64,000 bases of DNA, taken from contig JAPLXO010000003.1 in assembly GCA_026396065.1 (NCBI GenBank), positions 1,304-65,303 of the forward strand. The letters are read 5' to 3'. Source of the DNA: Candidatus Nomurabacteria bacterium. GTDB taxonomy: Bacteria > Patescibacteriota > Minisyncoccia > Phycocordibacterales > UBA9973. Made by a program: the position numbers and the translations under genes. Positions within the stretch are counted from its first letter, which is position 1, and each line of letters opens with the position of its first letter. Positions 8,835 to 18,743 of this stretch are shown here, piece after piece. The notes under the pieces are model-generated. The model searched no databases. It was not told the origin of the DNA and saw only the letters and a list, made by a program, of their open reading frames with translations.

Positions 8835-9209
8835 GTGCAAATGATATCTTTTGAAGATTTTAAAAAAGTTGATATGGCAGTAGGGCAGATTTTGTCTGCT
8901 GAAAAAGTGCCCGAGACGGACAAGCTTTTAAAGTTGTCTGTAGATTTTGGTTCTGTTTTTACAGAAAATGCAGAAGGATTGAAAGAAGAAAAAAAAGATA
9001 TTCGTCAAATTGTTTCCGGCATCTCACTTTATTTTCCTGACCATTCTGTATTAGTCGGCAAGAAATGTATGTTTGTCACAAATCTCGAACCACGCATGAT
9101 AAAAGGCCTCGAAAGTCAGGGGATGATACTCGCCGTTTCTACAGAAGATGGAAAGTTTTCTCTACTTGAACCTAATAATGATATTCCTATTGGAACAAGA
9201 GCTAAATAA
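8835..9209 (+). CDS. tRNA-binding OB-fold protein (MetRS C-terminal/Trbp111-like)
   Basis: ISFEDFKKVD, DKLLKL, RQIVSGI, NLEPR..G.ESQGMIL. Confidence 0.9.
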   Translation: MQMISFEDFKKVDMAVGQILSAEKVPETDKLLKLSVDFGSVFTENAEGLKEEKKDIRQIVSGISLYFPDHSVLVGKKCMFVTNLEPRMIKGLESQGMILAVSTEDGKFSLLEPNNDIPIGTRAK

Positions 9210-9215
9210 ATAGAG

Positions 9216-9809
9216 ATGGAATTTCTTCAAATTACACCACTTATAACCACCTTCGGATTGATCGGAATTTTTACGATAGTATTCGCGGAGTCCGGCTTAT
9301 TTTTCGGTTTTCTTTTGCCGGGGGATTCATTACTAGTCACTGCTGGAATTTTTGCCTCGGCAGGACATTTCAATATAGTAGTATTATTACTTGGTACGTT
9401 TATTTTTGCAGTCCTCGGAGATAGTGTAGGCTATTGGACAGGAAAGAAATTTGGACAGAAAATATTTTCACGACCAAATTCATTTTTCTTTAATAAAAAG
9501 AATCTGGATAAAACAAAAGAGTTTTATGAAAAATACGGAAAGAAAACGGTCACATTGGCTCGTTTTGTACCGATGATACGTACGTTTGCACCGATTATGG
9601 CAGGTACAGCGAATATGCCGTATAAAGATTTTTTATTTTATAATATTTTAGGTGGATTTTTATGGACTGGCAGTATGATCATGATAGGTTACTTTTTAGG
9701 TAATAGTATTGAAAATATCGATGGGTATATTTTTCCAATTACAATATTCATAATAGGTCTTTCTGTTGTTCCGGTAGTTATTGGACTAATTCGAAAGAAA
9801 AAACAATAA
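9216..9809 (+). CDS. DedA-family membrane protein
   Basis: FAESGLFFGFLLPGDSLL, ARFVPMIRTF. Confidence 0.93.
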   Translation: MEFLQITPLITTFGLIGIFTIVFAESGLFFGFLLPGDSLLVTAGIFASAGHFNIVVLLLGTFIFAVLGDSVGYWTGKKFGQKIFSRPNSFFFNKKNLDKTKEFYEKYGKKTVTLARFVPMIRTFAPIMAGTANMPYKDFLFYNILGGFLWTGSMIMIGYFLGNSIENIDGYIFPITIFIIGLSVVPVVIGLIRKKKQ

Positions 9810-9861
9810 TTTGTTGATATTGCATTTTTAAAAAATATCATTTCGGGGTACAATATATATA

Positions 9862-10944
9862 ATGCTTCGCGCTAAATATAATAAATTTTTCCCAATACCA
9901 CATTTTTTATCTCAACCATCTTTTGGTTTAGATATTTCTGATCAATCTATTAAGTTTGTAGAATTTTTAGAAACTCATAAAGGTCTTCGTATTGGTCGCT
10001 TTGGTGAGCGTCCTATTCCAGTAGGTGTGATTGAGTCAGGAAAAATTATAGAATCAAAGCATTTAAAAGAAATTTTATTATTACTTAAAAAAGAATATGG
10101 AATAAAATCTGTGCGCGTGTCTTTACCAGAAGAACAAGTTTATCTTTTTAAATTAAAAATTATTAAAGAATCCACTGTTGATATTCGTCAAACAATCGAA
10201 TTCTCTTTAGAGGAGCACGTTCCTATACCTCCTACTGATTTAGTATTTGATTACGAAATTTTTAAAGAAGATGAAAAAAACATTGAAGTAGAGGTTACTA
10301 CTGCACCAAAACAAATTATTGAAAGCTACCTTTCTATTTTTAGAGATTGCGGACTAAATGTTTCTTCTTTTGAGCTTGAAGCGCAAGCTCTAGCCAGAGC
10401 AGTCATTTTAGATAAAGATTTAGATACTTACATGATAGTTGATTTAGGAAAACAGCGTACTGGTATATCTGTCGTTAGTAATAATATTGTTATTTTTACT
10501 TCCACTGTTGATGCGGGTGGGGTAATGCTTACAAATCTTATTGAAAAAAATTTTAAGATTAGTTTTTTAGATGCAGAAAATATGAAAGTAAAATATGGCC
10601 TTAGTCGAAGTTCAGGGAACCAAGAAGTTTTCTCTGTTCTTTTGAACGGTGTATCTATTATTCGTGATGAAATTAGTAAACATTTTTTATATTGGCATAC
10701 TCATAAAGATGAAGATGGAGAAGTAAGGCCAAAAATAAAAAAAATAATTCTGTGCGGTGGTGATTCAAATTTGATTGGTTTTGCGGAGTATCTCTCTATT
10801 AGTATGAAACAAAATGTAGAGATTGCTAATGTCTGGCGAAATGTTATTTCGCCAGATGAGTATATTCCAGAGATGTCTTTTCAGGATTCCTTGAGTTATG
10901 CTACAGCAATAGGATTAGCATTAAGAGATTTATATTATGATTAA
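9862..10944 (+). CDS. pilM: Type IV pilus assembly protein PilM (copy 1)
   Basis: GLDISDQSIK, VDLG, LCGG, AIGLALR. Confidence 0.88.
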   Translation: MLRAKYNKFFPIPHFLSQPSFGLDISDQSIKFVEFLETHKGLRIGRFGERPIPVGVIESGKIIESKHLKEILLLLKKEYGIKSVRVSLPEEQVYLFKLKIIKESTVDIRQTIEFSLEEHVPIPPTDLVFDYEIFKEDEKNIEVEVTTAPKQIIESYLSIFRDCGLNVSSFELEAQALARAVILDKDLDTYMIVDLGKQRTGISVVSNNIVIFTSTVDAGGVMLTNLIEKNFKISFLDAENMKVKYGLSRSSGNQEVFSVLLNGVSIIRDEISKHFLYWHTHKDEDGEVRPKIKKIILCGGDSNLIGFAEYLSISMKQNVEIANVWRNVISPDEYIPEMSFQDSLSYATAIGLALRDLYYD

Positions 10945-11479
10945 TTTATTACCATTAGAAGAAAAAGATAAAATTTCTACAGAGTATATTTTTCGCATTG
11001 TCTCTTTTTATTTTTATGTATTTGGAACGTGTTTTTTTGTTGCTAGTATTACTTTACTTCCAGCTTACTTTTTTTCGTCTGTTAGAGAGAATTTAGCAAT
11101 TGAAAAATTACAAAATTTAAAAGATTTGCCAGTTACAGAATTAGATCATGAGACAAATAATGCTATACAAGATGTTAATTCAAAAGTCTCCATAATTGAA
11201 AATGCTGAAAAAAATAAATTTCTAGTTTTAGAAAATATGATAAATGAAATCATTTTTAAAAAAATGACAGATATAAAAATAATGCAATTTGATTACAAAA
11301 AAGATAAAGATGGTTTAAAAACATTAAATTTACATGGTTTGGCCCCAAATCGCGAACGTTTGCTTTTGTTTAGACAAACACTTGAATCAGATAAAATGTT
11401 TTCACATATAGATCTTCCAATTTCAAACTTTGTTAAAGGTGCGAATATAGATTTTAGTTTAAATTTAACATTTTTGTAA
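10937..11479 (+). CDS. PilN-like protein
   Basis: MINLLP start, single TM helix, follows pilM. Confidence 0.75.
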   Translation: MINLLPLEEKDKISTEYIFRIVSFYFYVFGTCFFVASITLLPAYFFSSVRENLAIEKLQNLKDLPVTELDHETNNAIQDVNSKVSIIENAEKNKFLVLENMINEIIFKKMTDIKIMQFDYKKDKDGLKTLNLHGLAPNRERLLLFRQTLESDKMFSHIDLPISNFVKGANIDFSLNLTFL

Positions 11480-11480
11480 T

Positions 11481-12026
11481 ATGAAAAAATTAAACAAATT
11501 TTTAATAAAAATATTTATAGCACTTTTGTTTATTATACTTTCAATAGTTGGTTTTTTTTATATTTTTAATAGCATTAAATCCAAGAATGATAATACTACT
11601 AATTTATTAACACAGGCACAAGATGAATCTGATCGTCGTAATAATATTGAAAAATTAAACGTTCAAATAAAAGCAATAGCCCCACAAAGAAAAATGCTTG
11701 AAACGCATTTTGCTAAGAGTTCAGATGTTGTTACTTTTTTAGATAATTTACAAAATTTAGGCAAGCTTGCTAAGGCCCCAGTTGAAATTTTTTCCGTAGA
11801 TTTAGATAAAGATAACTCTCTTTTGAAAGTACAAATGAGTGCAAAAGGAAGCTTTATAGCCATTCACAACCTTTTTTATCTTTTACAAAATTCTCAATAT
11901 GAACTTGATTTTTCAGCTGTAAATCTACAAACAACTACAGGGTCATCTGATTCAACAAAAAATGTCAGTAATATTCAACAATGGCAAGCCAATTTTTCTT
12001 TAACATTACTTAGTTTTAATTTTTAA
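11481..12026 (+). CDS. PilO-like protein
   Basis: N-terminal TM helix, coiled coil, GSF motif, position after pilN. Confidence 0.65.
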   Translation: MKKLNKFLIKIFIALLFIILSIVGFFYIFNSIKSKNDNTTNLLTQAQDESDRRNNIEKLNVQIKAIAPQRKMLETHFAKSSDVVTFLDNLQNLGKLAKAPVEIFSVDLDKDNSLLKVQMSAKGSFIAIHNLFYLLQNSQYELDFSAVNLQTTTGSSDSTKNVSNIQQWQANFSLTLLSFNF

Positions 12027-12030
12027 AAAT

Positions 12031-12348
12031 ATGGATTTAAAATTTTTTACAATAAAAAAGAAAATTAATTTGATTAAAAAGAAAAAAATATTTAATCCAC
12101 TAATACATTGGAATATTTCTCTTTACGTATTTTTCATTTCTATTGCAATTTCTTCTGTTTTTGGTTTTTATCTTTTTTTACAAGTGAATAAAGCATTAGA
12201 TTTGGTTTCTGTAAATAAAGAAAATCCCACAATTCATAAAGTTAACGTAAAAGGTATTCAAAAAGTATTAGATCTTTTTTCTAATAATGAAAAAAGATCA
12301 ACAGATATTTTAGCTAATCCATCTAACATAACTGACCCATCTATATAG
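12031..12348 (+). CDS. Small membrane protein of the pil cluster
   Basis: One TM helix, ends DPSI, operonic spacing. Confidence 0.6.
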   Translation: MDLKFFTIKKKINLIKKKKIFNPLIHWNISLYVFFISIAISSVFGFYLFLQVNKALDLVSVNKENPTIHKVNVKGIQKVLDLFSNNEKRSTDILANPSNITDPSI

Positions 12349-12397
12349 ATTAAAGAAAGAATTAGCCATTATTTTAATGGCCACGAGTATTTTTTTG

Positions 12398-12469
12398 TGC
12401 CTTTGGTAGGAATCGAACCTACATCAAAGCCTTAGAAGAGCTCTGTTCTATCCATTGAACTACAAAGGC
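12398..12469 (-). tRNA. tRNA-Arg(TCT)
   Basis: GCCTTTG acceptor, CT-TCT-AA loop, GGTTCGATTCC. Confidence 0.93.
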
Positions 12470-12473
12470 AGTG

Positions 12474-12546
12474 TGCGAGGTACAGGACTCGAACCTGTGA
12501 CCTTCCCGGTGTAAACGGGTTGCTCTACCAACTGAGCTAACCTCGC
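12474..12546 (-). tRNA. tRNA-Val(TAC)
   Basis: GCGAGGT acceptor, TT-TAC-AC loop, GGTTCGAGTCC. Confidence 0.93.
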
Positions 12547-12734
12547 AATGTGTATTAAGTTTTAATATAACCTTTATTTTGCTAATTGGTTCCATACCTA
12601 CCAAAACAGCTAACCTCGCAAAATTCAAAAAAACAATTTTTTTTGAAGGTTTCTAAAGTATACGCTAAAATGTGAATTTTTCAAGTCCTGATATAAGTTT
12701 TTACTTTTTAATGTTTTTGTGGTAGAGTATTTTT

Positions 12735-14285
12735 ATGGAACCAAACTTAAGTGCGATAAAAACAAAAGTTTTTTCTTCAAAGGAAGAGCGTGCCGCTGAT
12801 CAGTTTAAACAGAAATACATAGCTACAGGAAAGTTTAATTTGGAATCATTTGACGATGAAGTAGCTTTGAATAAGATCTTAAAAGATGCTAAAACCCGAA
12901 TTGGTTATACTGGCGATTCTTTTGATGTCGTAATTTCTGAATTAAAAAAAATATATAATGAAGACCTTTTAAAACTTGCAGAAGAGAAAAAAAATAAATC
13001 ATTGTTAGACGAAGAAAATTTAAAACAACAAGAAAAAGCGCTTGAAGAGGAAACAGCAAGAATTCGTGCTGAAGATAAAAGAAAAATAGAAGAAGAAAAA
13101 GCAGAACTAAGAGCACAACTTGCTGAAATTTATAAAGTTAACACGGCTCGTGATTTAGAAATTAAACAAAAAAATTCCACACCAGTTGTGCCAGTTGATC
13201 CAGTTAAGCCACTTTTGGCGTGGCAGATTCTTTTACAGAAAAAAATAAAAAAACCTAAAGTGGAAAAAGCACCAGAACCTGAACCAGTTAGAGAGCACTT
13301 TAAAACTTCAATTCCTCTTTATCACGAAGTTCTTGATGAAAATATTACTAATATTGCAAAATTCAATGTTGATCATGAAGAAAAAGAAGACCAAATAAAA
13401 TTTATTTTAAAAAATAAAGAAGCTATTAAGGTGCTTTTTGAAAAGTCAGAAAAAATATTAAAAGCTGATATAAATCCAGAGGAGTATATAAAAGGTGGTA
13501 TTTTTTCTGAAAATGAGGTGAGAATTCACAATGCAGATGTAAAAGAAATGGAGGAGTTGTACAGTAAAAAGAATTCTCAAGAAGAAAAGGAGATGAAAAA
13601 AATTGCAACAATTTTTGAAGCAATGATAATTAATGTTGTAAATCTTTCCAAGTGTTTAGGAGAAAATGTTATAGCTAGATCAGCTTTTCCTGTAGATGAT
13701 ATATTCGCGCCAAAGATAGATGCCTATGTAGCATTACAAAAACTCTTTTTAGGATTTGACATGACTATGAGTAATATAGAGGGAGCTCACTTTATTGAAA
13801 AGATTGAAAAAAATTTACGCGCGATAAAAAATGGAAATCCAAATAGAATGAAGTATGCTAAAGATGCTGATGGTAATTTAAGTACAAATGAATTTATTCC
13901 AAAAGTAATTATTTCTGGAGAAATTTCCTTAGTAAAAGAGGTAATGTATGATTTTAATACTTTAAGCGAGGATGAATTTAGTGAAAAAATAAAAGATCAT
14001 AAAATGTCTCGTGAGATTGTCTTGCAAGTAATAGCACAATGTAGAATTTTTGGGAATTTTGCACGAGAGAATGATCAAAATGAAACAGCTCAACATTATG
14101 AAAATTTTGTAGATGCTATTTATAAAATTGCTGAAAAATCTCCAGTTTTGAAAAAAATTATTGGCAATGCTGGTTTTGATCATGTTTCTGAAAGAATACA
14201 GCAGATAGTTGATGAATTTAAACTTAAGGAAATAAAAAAACAACAAGCACTTGAAGAATTTCGTGCTTCACAAAAAGTAGCATAA
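12735..14285 (+). CDS. Hypothetical protein (charged coiled-coil N-half, globular C-half)
   Basis: 516-aa ORF; E/K-rich heptads, Pro-rich linker. Confidence 0.7.
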   Translation: MEPNLSAIKTKVFSSKEERAADQFKQKYIATGKFNLESFDDEVALNKILKDAKTRIGYTGDSFDVVISELKKIYNEDLLKLAEEKKNKSLLDEENLKQQEKALEEETARIRAEDKRKIEEEKAELRAQLAEIYKVNTARDLEIKQKNSTPVVPVDPVKPLLAWQILLQKKIKKPKVEKAPEPEPVREHFKTSIPLYHEVLDENITNIAKFNVDHEEKEDQIKFILKNKEAIKVLFEKSEKILKADINPEEYIKGGIFSENEVRIHNADVKEMEELYSKKNSQEEKEMKKIATIFEAMIINVVNLSKCLGENVIARSAFPVDDIFAPKIDAYVALQKLFLGFDMTMSNIEGAHFIEKIEKNLRAIKNGNPNRMKYAKDADGNLSTNEFIPKVIISGEISLVKEVMYDFNTLSEDEFSEKIKDHKMSREIVLQVIAQCRIFGNFARENDQNETAQHYENFVDAIYKIAEKSPVLKKIIGNAGFDHVSERIQQIVDEFKLKEIKKQQALEEFRASQKVA

Positions 14286-15016
14286 TGAAAATTTTATATA
14301 AAGACAAAGACATTTTAGTCATAAATAAACCAGCGGGGATTTCAGTGCACGGTGACGGTAGAAACGAAGTGGAAACTTTGGCAGATTTAATATTGGCAGA
14401 ATATCCAGAGATGAAAGACGTCGGTGAACCGATGGAAATAGATATCGGTGGTGGTGAAAAGAAAATAATTTATCGCCCTGGAATAGTACACAGACTCGAC
14501 AAAGATACGAGTGGAGTTTTAATCTTGGCTCGTAATCAAAAAGCATATGAATATTTAAAAGAGCAATTTCAAAATAGGGAAGTGAAGAAAACTTACAATA
14601 CTCTCGTATATGGGAATATGAAAAATGATTTTGGAATCATTGATGCTGGTATCGGTCGCAGCCCCAGTGATCCTAGAAAGAGGATTGCTTCACGAGGCAA
14701 GACTGGCAAGATTCGTGATGCAGTGACTGAATATAAAGTTCTAAAAAGAATCACCGTAGATTTGGTACAATATTCTTGGCTCGAAGTTCATCCAAAGACA
14801 GGACGGACACATCAAATTCGTGTGCATATGAAATTCCTAAATCATCCTGTCGTAGCGGACCAATTATATGCTCCCAAAAATGCTACTACACCTTTCGGTA
14901 TTTCCCGCCTCGCACTCCACGCTTCGTCTGTAGAGTTCAAAAATCTAGCAGGAGAGAGTATTACCGTTTCGGCTCCATTACCTCCAGATTTAGCTAAAAT
15001 ACTAGAAGTTAAATAA
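14285..15016 (+). CDS. RluA-family pseudouridine synthase
   Basis: NKPAG, HRLDKDTSG, TGRTHQIRVH. Confidence 0.95.
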   Translation: MKILYKDKDILVINKPAGISVHGDGRNEVETLADLILAEYPEMKDVGEPMEIDIGGGEKKIIYRPGIVHRLDKDTSGVLILARNQKAYEYLKEQFQNREVKKTYNTLVYGNMKNDFGIIDAGIGRSPSDPRKRIASRGKTGKIRDAVTEYKVLKRITVDLVQYSWLEVHPKTGRTHQIRVHMKFLNHPVVADQLYAPKNATTPFGISRLALHASSVEFKNLAGESITVSAPLPPDLAKILEVK

Positions 15017-15057
15017 AAATTGCAAAATCTAATGCTTTGTGTTAGATTATATGAACT

Positions 15058-15483
15058 ATGGCAGTAATAAAAATAAAACTTAGTCCAGTGGACATGGAAG
15101 CACGAAAGAAGCTTGATTTTAAAGCTGGGGATACTGTTCGTGTGTGGTCAAAGATTCCAGATGAAAAAGCTACAAAAAAAGGTGATGCACAAAAATTCCG
15201 CTCTCAGGCTTTTGAAGGAATTGTATTAGCTCGTAAACATGGCACAGAAATAGGAGGTACTTTTACAGTTCGTAAGGTGGCTTCAGGTGTAGGAGTAGAA
15301 AGAATTTTCCCAATATTTTCTCCAATGATTGATAAAGTAGAAATCATAAAGAAAGCAAAAGCAGGACGCAGTAAACTCTACTATGTACGTACAAAAGCTG
15401 TGAAAGATGTTCGCAAGAAACTTCGTTCAGTCGCTATGGTTGCCCCCGAGGAAATGGAACCAGAAGTAGAAGAAGTTAAATAA
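15058..15483 (+). CDS. rplS: 50S ribosomal protein L19
   Basis: GDTVRV, QAFEGIV, FTVRKVASGVGVERIFP, KLYYVR. Confidence 0.96.
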   Translation: MAVIKIKLSPVDMEARKKLDFKAGDTVRVWSKIPDEKATKKGDAQKFRSQAFEGIVLARKHGTEIGGTFTVRKVASGVGVERIFPIFSPMIDKVEIIKKAKAGRSKLYYVRTKAVKDVRKKLRSVAMVAPEEMEPEVEEVK

Positions 15484-15555
15484 TTTTAATTTAAAAAAGA
15501 AGCCCCAGTAATGGGGTTTTCTTTTTATCTAAATATGCTATTATCGGCTATGTAA

Positions 15556-15637
15556 GCGCGAGTGGCGGAACTGGTATACGCGTACGATTGAGGTTCGTAT
15601 GGAGCAATCCTTGGAGGTTCAAGTCCTCTCTCGCGCA
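15556..15637 (+). tRNA. tRNA-Leu(GAG)
   Basis: GCGCGAG acceptor, TACGA-TT-GAG-GT-TCGTA arm, variable arm, GGTTCAAGTCC. Confidence 0.93.
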
Positions 15638-15644
15638 CAATGAT

Positions 15645-16190
15645 ATGATTTTTTCCTATATATTAATTTTTTTACTTTTACTTTTTATTATTTTTTTACT
15701 TACTTCTTTTTTGACACCACTTTTTTCAAAAGTGCCTTTTGTACCAGTGAGGGGAAAAATTGTAAATGAAATAATTTCAATTTTAGATTTAAAAGAAGAT
15801 AGCGTTCTTTATGATCTTGGTTGTGGAGATGGGCGTGTGCTTTTTGCTGGTACAAAATATATTAAAAGTGTAAAAGCAGTCGGAATAGAACATGCGCCTT
15901 TTCCATATATTTGCGCAAAACTTAGAAAGTTTTTTTCAAAATCTAAAAATGTTTCTATTATTTATGGTGATTTTTTTAAGCTAAATATCACTCCAGCAAG
16001 TCACATTTTTTTGTATCTTTTTCCCAGTATTTTAGATGATCTTTTGCCAAAATTTGAAAAAGAGTTAAAACACGGTACAAAAGTTTTTTCTTGTGATTTT
16101 GAATTTTCAAAAAGAAAACCAAATAAGGTTATAGATATTAAATCAAAAAATTGGCAAACTAATCGTAAAATATACGTTTATTATTTTTAA
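15645..16190 (+). CDS. Membrane-anchored class I SAM methyltransferase
   Basis: N-terminal TM helix, VPFVP, YDLGCGDGR; ATG at 15645 (the track start overlaps the tRNA). Confidence 0.88.
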   Translation: MIFSYILIFLLLLFIIFLLTSFLTPLFSKVPFVPVRGKIVNEIISILDLKEDSVLYDLGCGDGRVLFAGTKYIKSVKAVGIEHAPFPYICAKLRKFFSKSKNVSIIYGDFFKLNITPASHIFLYLFPSILDDLLPKFEKELKHGTKVFSCDFEFSKRKPNKVIDIKSKNWQTNRKIYVYYF

Positions 16191-16258
16191 CGTCTTTTAC
16201 TTTAAAATAAAAATCTGTTATAACTATATAGCTAGACCTAAATAAGGAATAGTAATAT

Positions 16259-16331
16259 GGTGCCTATAGTGTAATGGTTAGCACTAGAGCTTGTGGAGCT
16301 CTCAGTCAGGGTTCGAATCCCTGTAGGCACC
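16259..16331 (+). tRNA. tRNA-His(GTG)
   Basis: G-1, GTGCCTA acceptor, AGAGC-TT-GTG-GA-GCTCT, C discriminator. Confidence 0.93.
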
Positions 16332-16346
16332 CAATAATATAATTAA

Positions 16347-17393
16347 ATGAAAAACATAATAATTAGCATCTTGTTCATATTTTGTTTTTTAATAAGTGGT
16401 ACGGCCTTCTCAGCCGAGAGTGTAAAAGATACGAGTGTCCTATATACTGGAAAAATTTATCATATTTTTTTTCATAGTTTAGTAATTTATCCAAATCTTG
16501 CTTTTTTTTCAAAAAAAGATGATAACCAAACTTATAAAGATTATATGATTACACGTGATGAATTTGAAAAAATATTACCAGAATTATATAAAAATAATTT
16601 TGTATTAATAGAGATAAATTCACTTTATAAAGTAAATTCAGATAATTCTATTGAAAAACAAAATTTATATTTACCTGTTGGGAAAAAACCATTAATTATT
16701 TCTCTGGATGACTTAAATTACTATAGAACTAAAAAAGATCGAGGAATGGCTAATAAATTGGTTTTAGATCAAAATGGAAATGTCGCGACAGAAATAGTAA
16801 CACCTGATGGAAAAATTGAAATTACTCGTGATGGAGATATTGTTCCATTATTAGATGATTTTGTGATAGCACACCCTGATTTTTCTATAGATGGAGCGAA
16901 GGGTATAATAGCTCTTACGGGATTTGATGGTGTTCTTGGATATAGAACAAGTAAAATTTATGCAAAAAATTATAGTACAGAAATTTTGGGTGCACAAAAA
17001 GTAATTGAAAAATTAAAATCAACAGGATGGAGTTTTGCTAGCCATAGTTATTCTCATCGTGCTTCTTTTGTTGCTGGCACTATTTCACTTGAAGAATTAA
17101 AAAAAGATACTGAGCTTTGGAGAGACAGAGTAGCTTCATTGGTCGGGAATACAAATATTTTTATTGGTCCATTTGGTCAAGTTTTTCGTAATAAAAATGA
17201 TCCTCGAAGGATATATTTAATGTCGCAAGGTTTTAAGGTCTTTTGCGGTGTTGGTATGGACTTATATATTAATTACTCTTCAAATTATCTAGATATGAAT
17301 AGGGCAGATATAGACGGATACAGGCTGACGCACGCATCATTTTATTTAAAAGATTATTTTGATCCAAAACTCATTGTTGATTATTTAAGGTAG
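16347..17393 (+). CDS. Secreted polysaccharide deacetylase-family protein
   Basis: Signal peptide, ISLDD, FASHSYSH, PFG motifs. Confidence 0.8.
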   Translation: MKNIIISILFIFCFLISGTAFSAESVKDTSVLYTGKIYHIFFHSLVIYPNLAFFSKKDDNQTYKDYMITRDEFEKILPELYKNNFVLIEINSLYKVNSDNSIEKQNLYLPVGKKPLIISLDDLNYYRTKKDRGMANKLVLDQNGNVATEIVTPDGKIEITRDGDIVPLLDDFVIAHPDFSIDGAKGIIALTGFDGVLGYRTSKIYAKNYSTEILGAQKVIEKLKSTGWSFASHSYSHRASFVAGTISLEELKKDTELWRDRVASLVGNTNIFIGPFGQVFRNKNDPRRIYLMSQGFKVFCGVGMDLYINYSSNYLDMNRADIDGYRLTHASFYLKDYFDPKLIVDYLR

Positions 17394-17453
17394 ATAAAAC
17401 CAAACTAGTTTTTTATTTTTAAATAAAGAAAAATGTGTCATAATTATAATGTG

Positions 17454-18725
17454 ATGATAAAAGTAAAAGACAAATTTCTTCATTTTTGGAAAACACTTGG
17501 TCCAGGTCTCACTACTGGTGCTGCTGATGATGATCCATCTGGTATTGCTACATATTCTCAGACAGGAGCAAAATACGGTTTTATGTTTGCTTGGTTGGCT
17601 CCTTTTACTATTCCACTAATGTCTGTAGTTCAGGAAATGTGTGCACGTATTGGTATTGTGACAAAGCAAGGCCTCGCTGCAAATATAAAGAAACATTATT
17701 CAAAAAAGGTTTTGTTTTTCTGTACAGCACTTTTGCTTTTTGCTAATACCTTTAACATCGGGGCAGACCTCGGCGCAATGTCTCAAGGTATGCAATTGAT
17801 TTTTCCTAATTGGAATTTTGCTGTACTTGTAATTGTCTTTGCAGTTTTATCTTTGGTTTTTCAGGTTTTTATTCCTTACAAAACTTATTCAAAATATTTA
17901 AAATATTTGTCGTTTGTTCTTTTGGCATATATATTTTCTGCATTGATGGTAGATATGGATTGGAAAGCGGTTTGGTATCATACATTTATCCCATCTATGT
18001 CTTTCACAAAAGATAGCTTCATTATTCTTTCTGCTATTTTAGGAACTACTATTTCTCCATATTTGTTTTTCTGGCAAACTTCTCAAGAAGTAGAAGAAGA
18101 GATAATGACGGGGAAGATAGATAAAGTAGAAAAAGAAGAGGAAATTAGAGAAGATATAAAAGAAATGCGCACTGATGTTTGGAGTGGAATGTTTTTTTCA
18201 AACATTGTGATGTTTTTTATAATCATCGCTTGTGCTTCGACTTTATATAAAAGTGGAATTACAAATATCAGCACAGCTGCTGATGCCGCGAAAGCCCTAG
18301 AGCCTTTTGCTGGGCATTTTTCTTCTCTTCTTTTTGCTATTGGAATTATCGGTATTGGATTTTTAGCTATCCCTGTTCTCGCTGGTGCGAATTCATATGC
18401 AGTATCTGAATGTTTTGATTGGAAAGAAGGGCTTTACCGAAAATGGAACGAAGCTTATGCCTTTTACGGAGTGATAGTACTCGGTGTCATCGTTGGTATC
18501 GTACTGAACTTTATCGGCCTCGATCCTATCAAAGCACTTATCTATTCTGCAGTCTTGAACAGTCTCGTCGCTCCTGTGATTTTGTATTTTATTGTGAAGC
18601 TTAGTTCAAATGAAAGTGTGATGGGCAATTTCAAAAGTCGCCCTGTCGCCAAAATCATCGGCTGGACAGCTACTATCATCATGACTCTCGCCGGCATCGC
18701 AACAATCATTTCTCTTTGGATGTAA
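17454..18725 (+). CDS. NRAMP-family divalent metal transporter
   Basis: LGPGLTTGAADDDPSG, GTTISPY, multiple TM helices. Confidence 0.9.
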   Translation: MIKVKDKFLHFWKTLGPGLTTGAADDDPSGIATYSQTGAKYGFMFAWLAPFTIPLMSVVQEMCARIGIVTKQGLAANIKKHYSKKVLFFCTALLLFANTFNIGADLGAMSQGMQLIFPNWNFAVLVIVFAVLSLVFQVFIPYKTYSKYLKYLSFVLLAYIFSALMVDMDWKAVWYHTFIPSMSFTKDSFIILSAILGTTISPYLFFWQTSQEVEEEIMTGKIDKVEKEEEIREDIKEMRTDVWSGMFFSNIVMFFIIIACASTLYKSGITNISTAADAAKALEPFAGHFSSLLFAIGIIGIGFLAIPVLAGANSYAVSECFDWKEGLYRKWNEAYAFYGVIVLGVIVGIVLNFIGLDPIKALIYSAVLNSLVAPVILYFIVKLSSNESVMGNFKSRPVAKIIGWTATIIMTLAGIATIISLWM

Positions 18726-18743
18726 TTGGTGTATATTGTTCAT

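Noticed and set aside
12588-12605. Leader antisense to the tRNA-Arg 3' end
   Set aside because: The match overlaps, and is more simply explained by, the degenerate tRNA-Val 5' copy.
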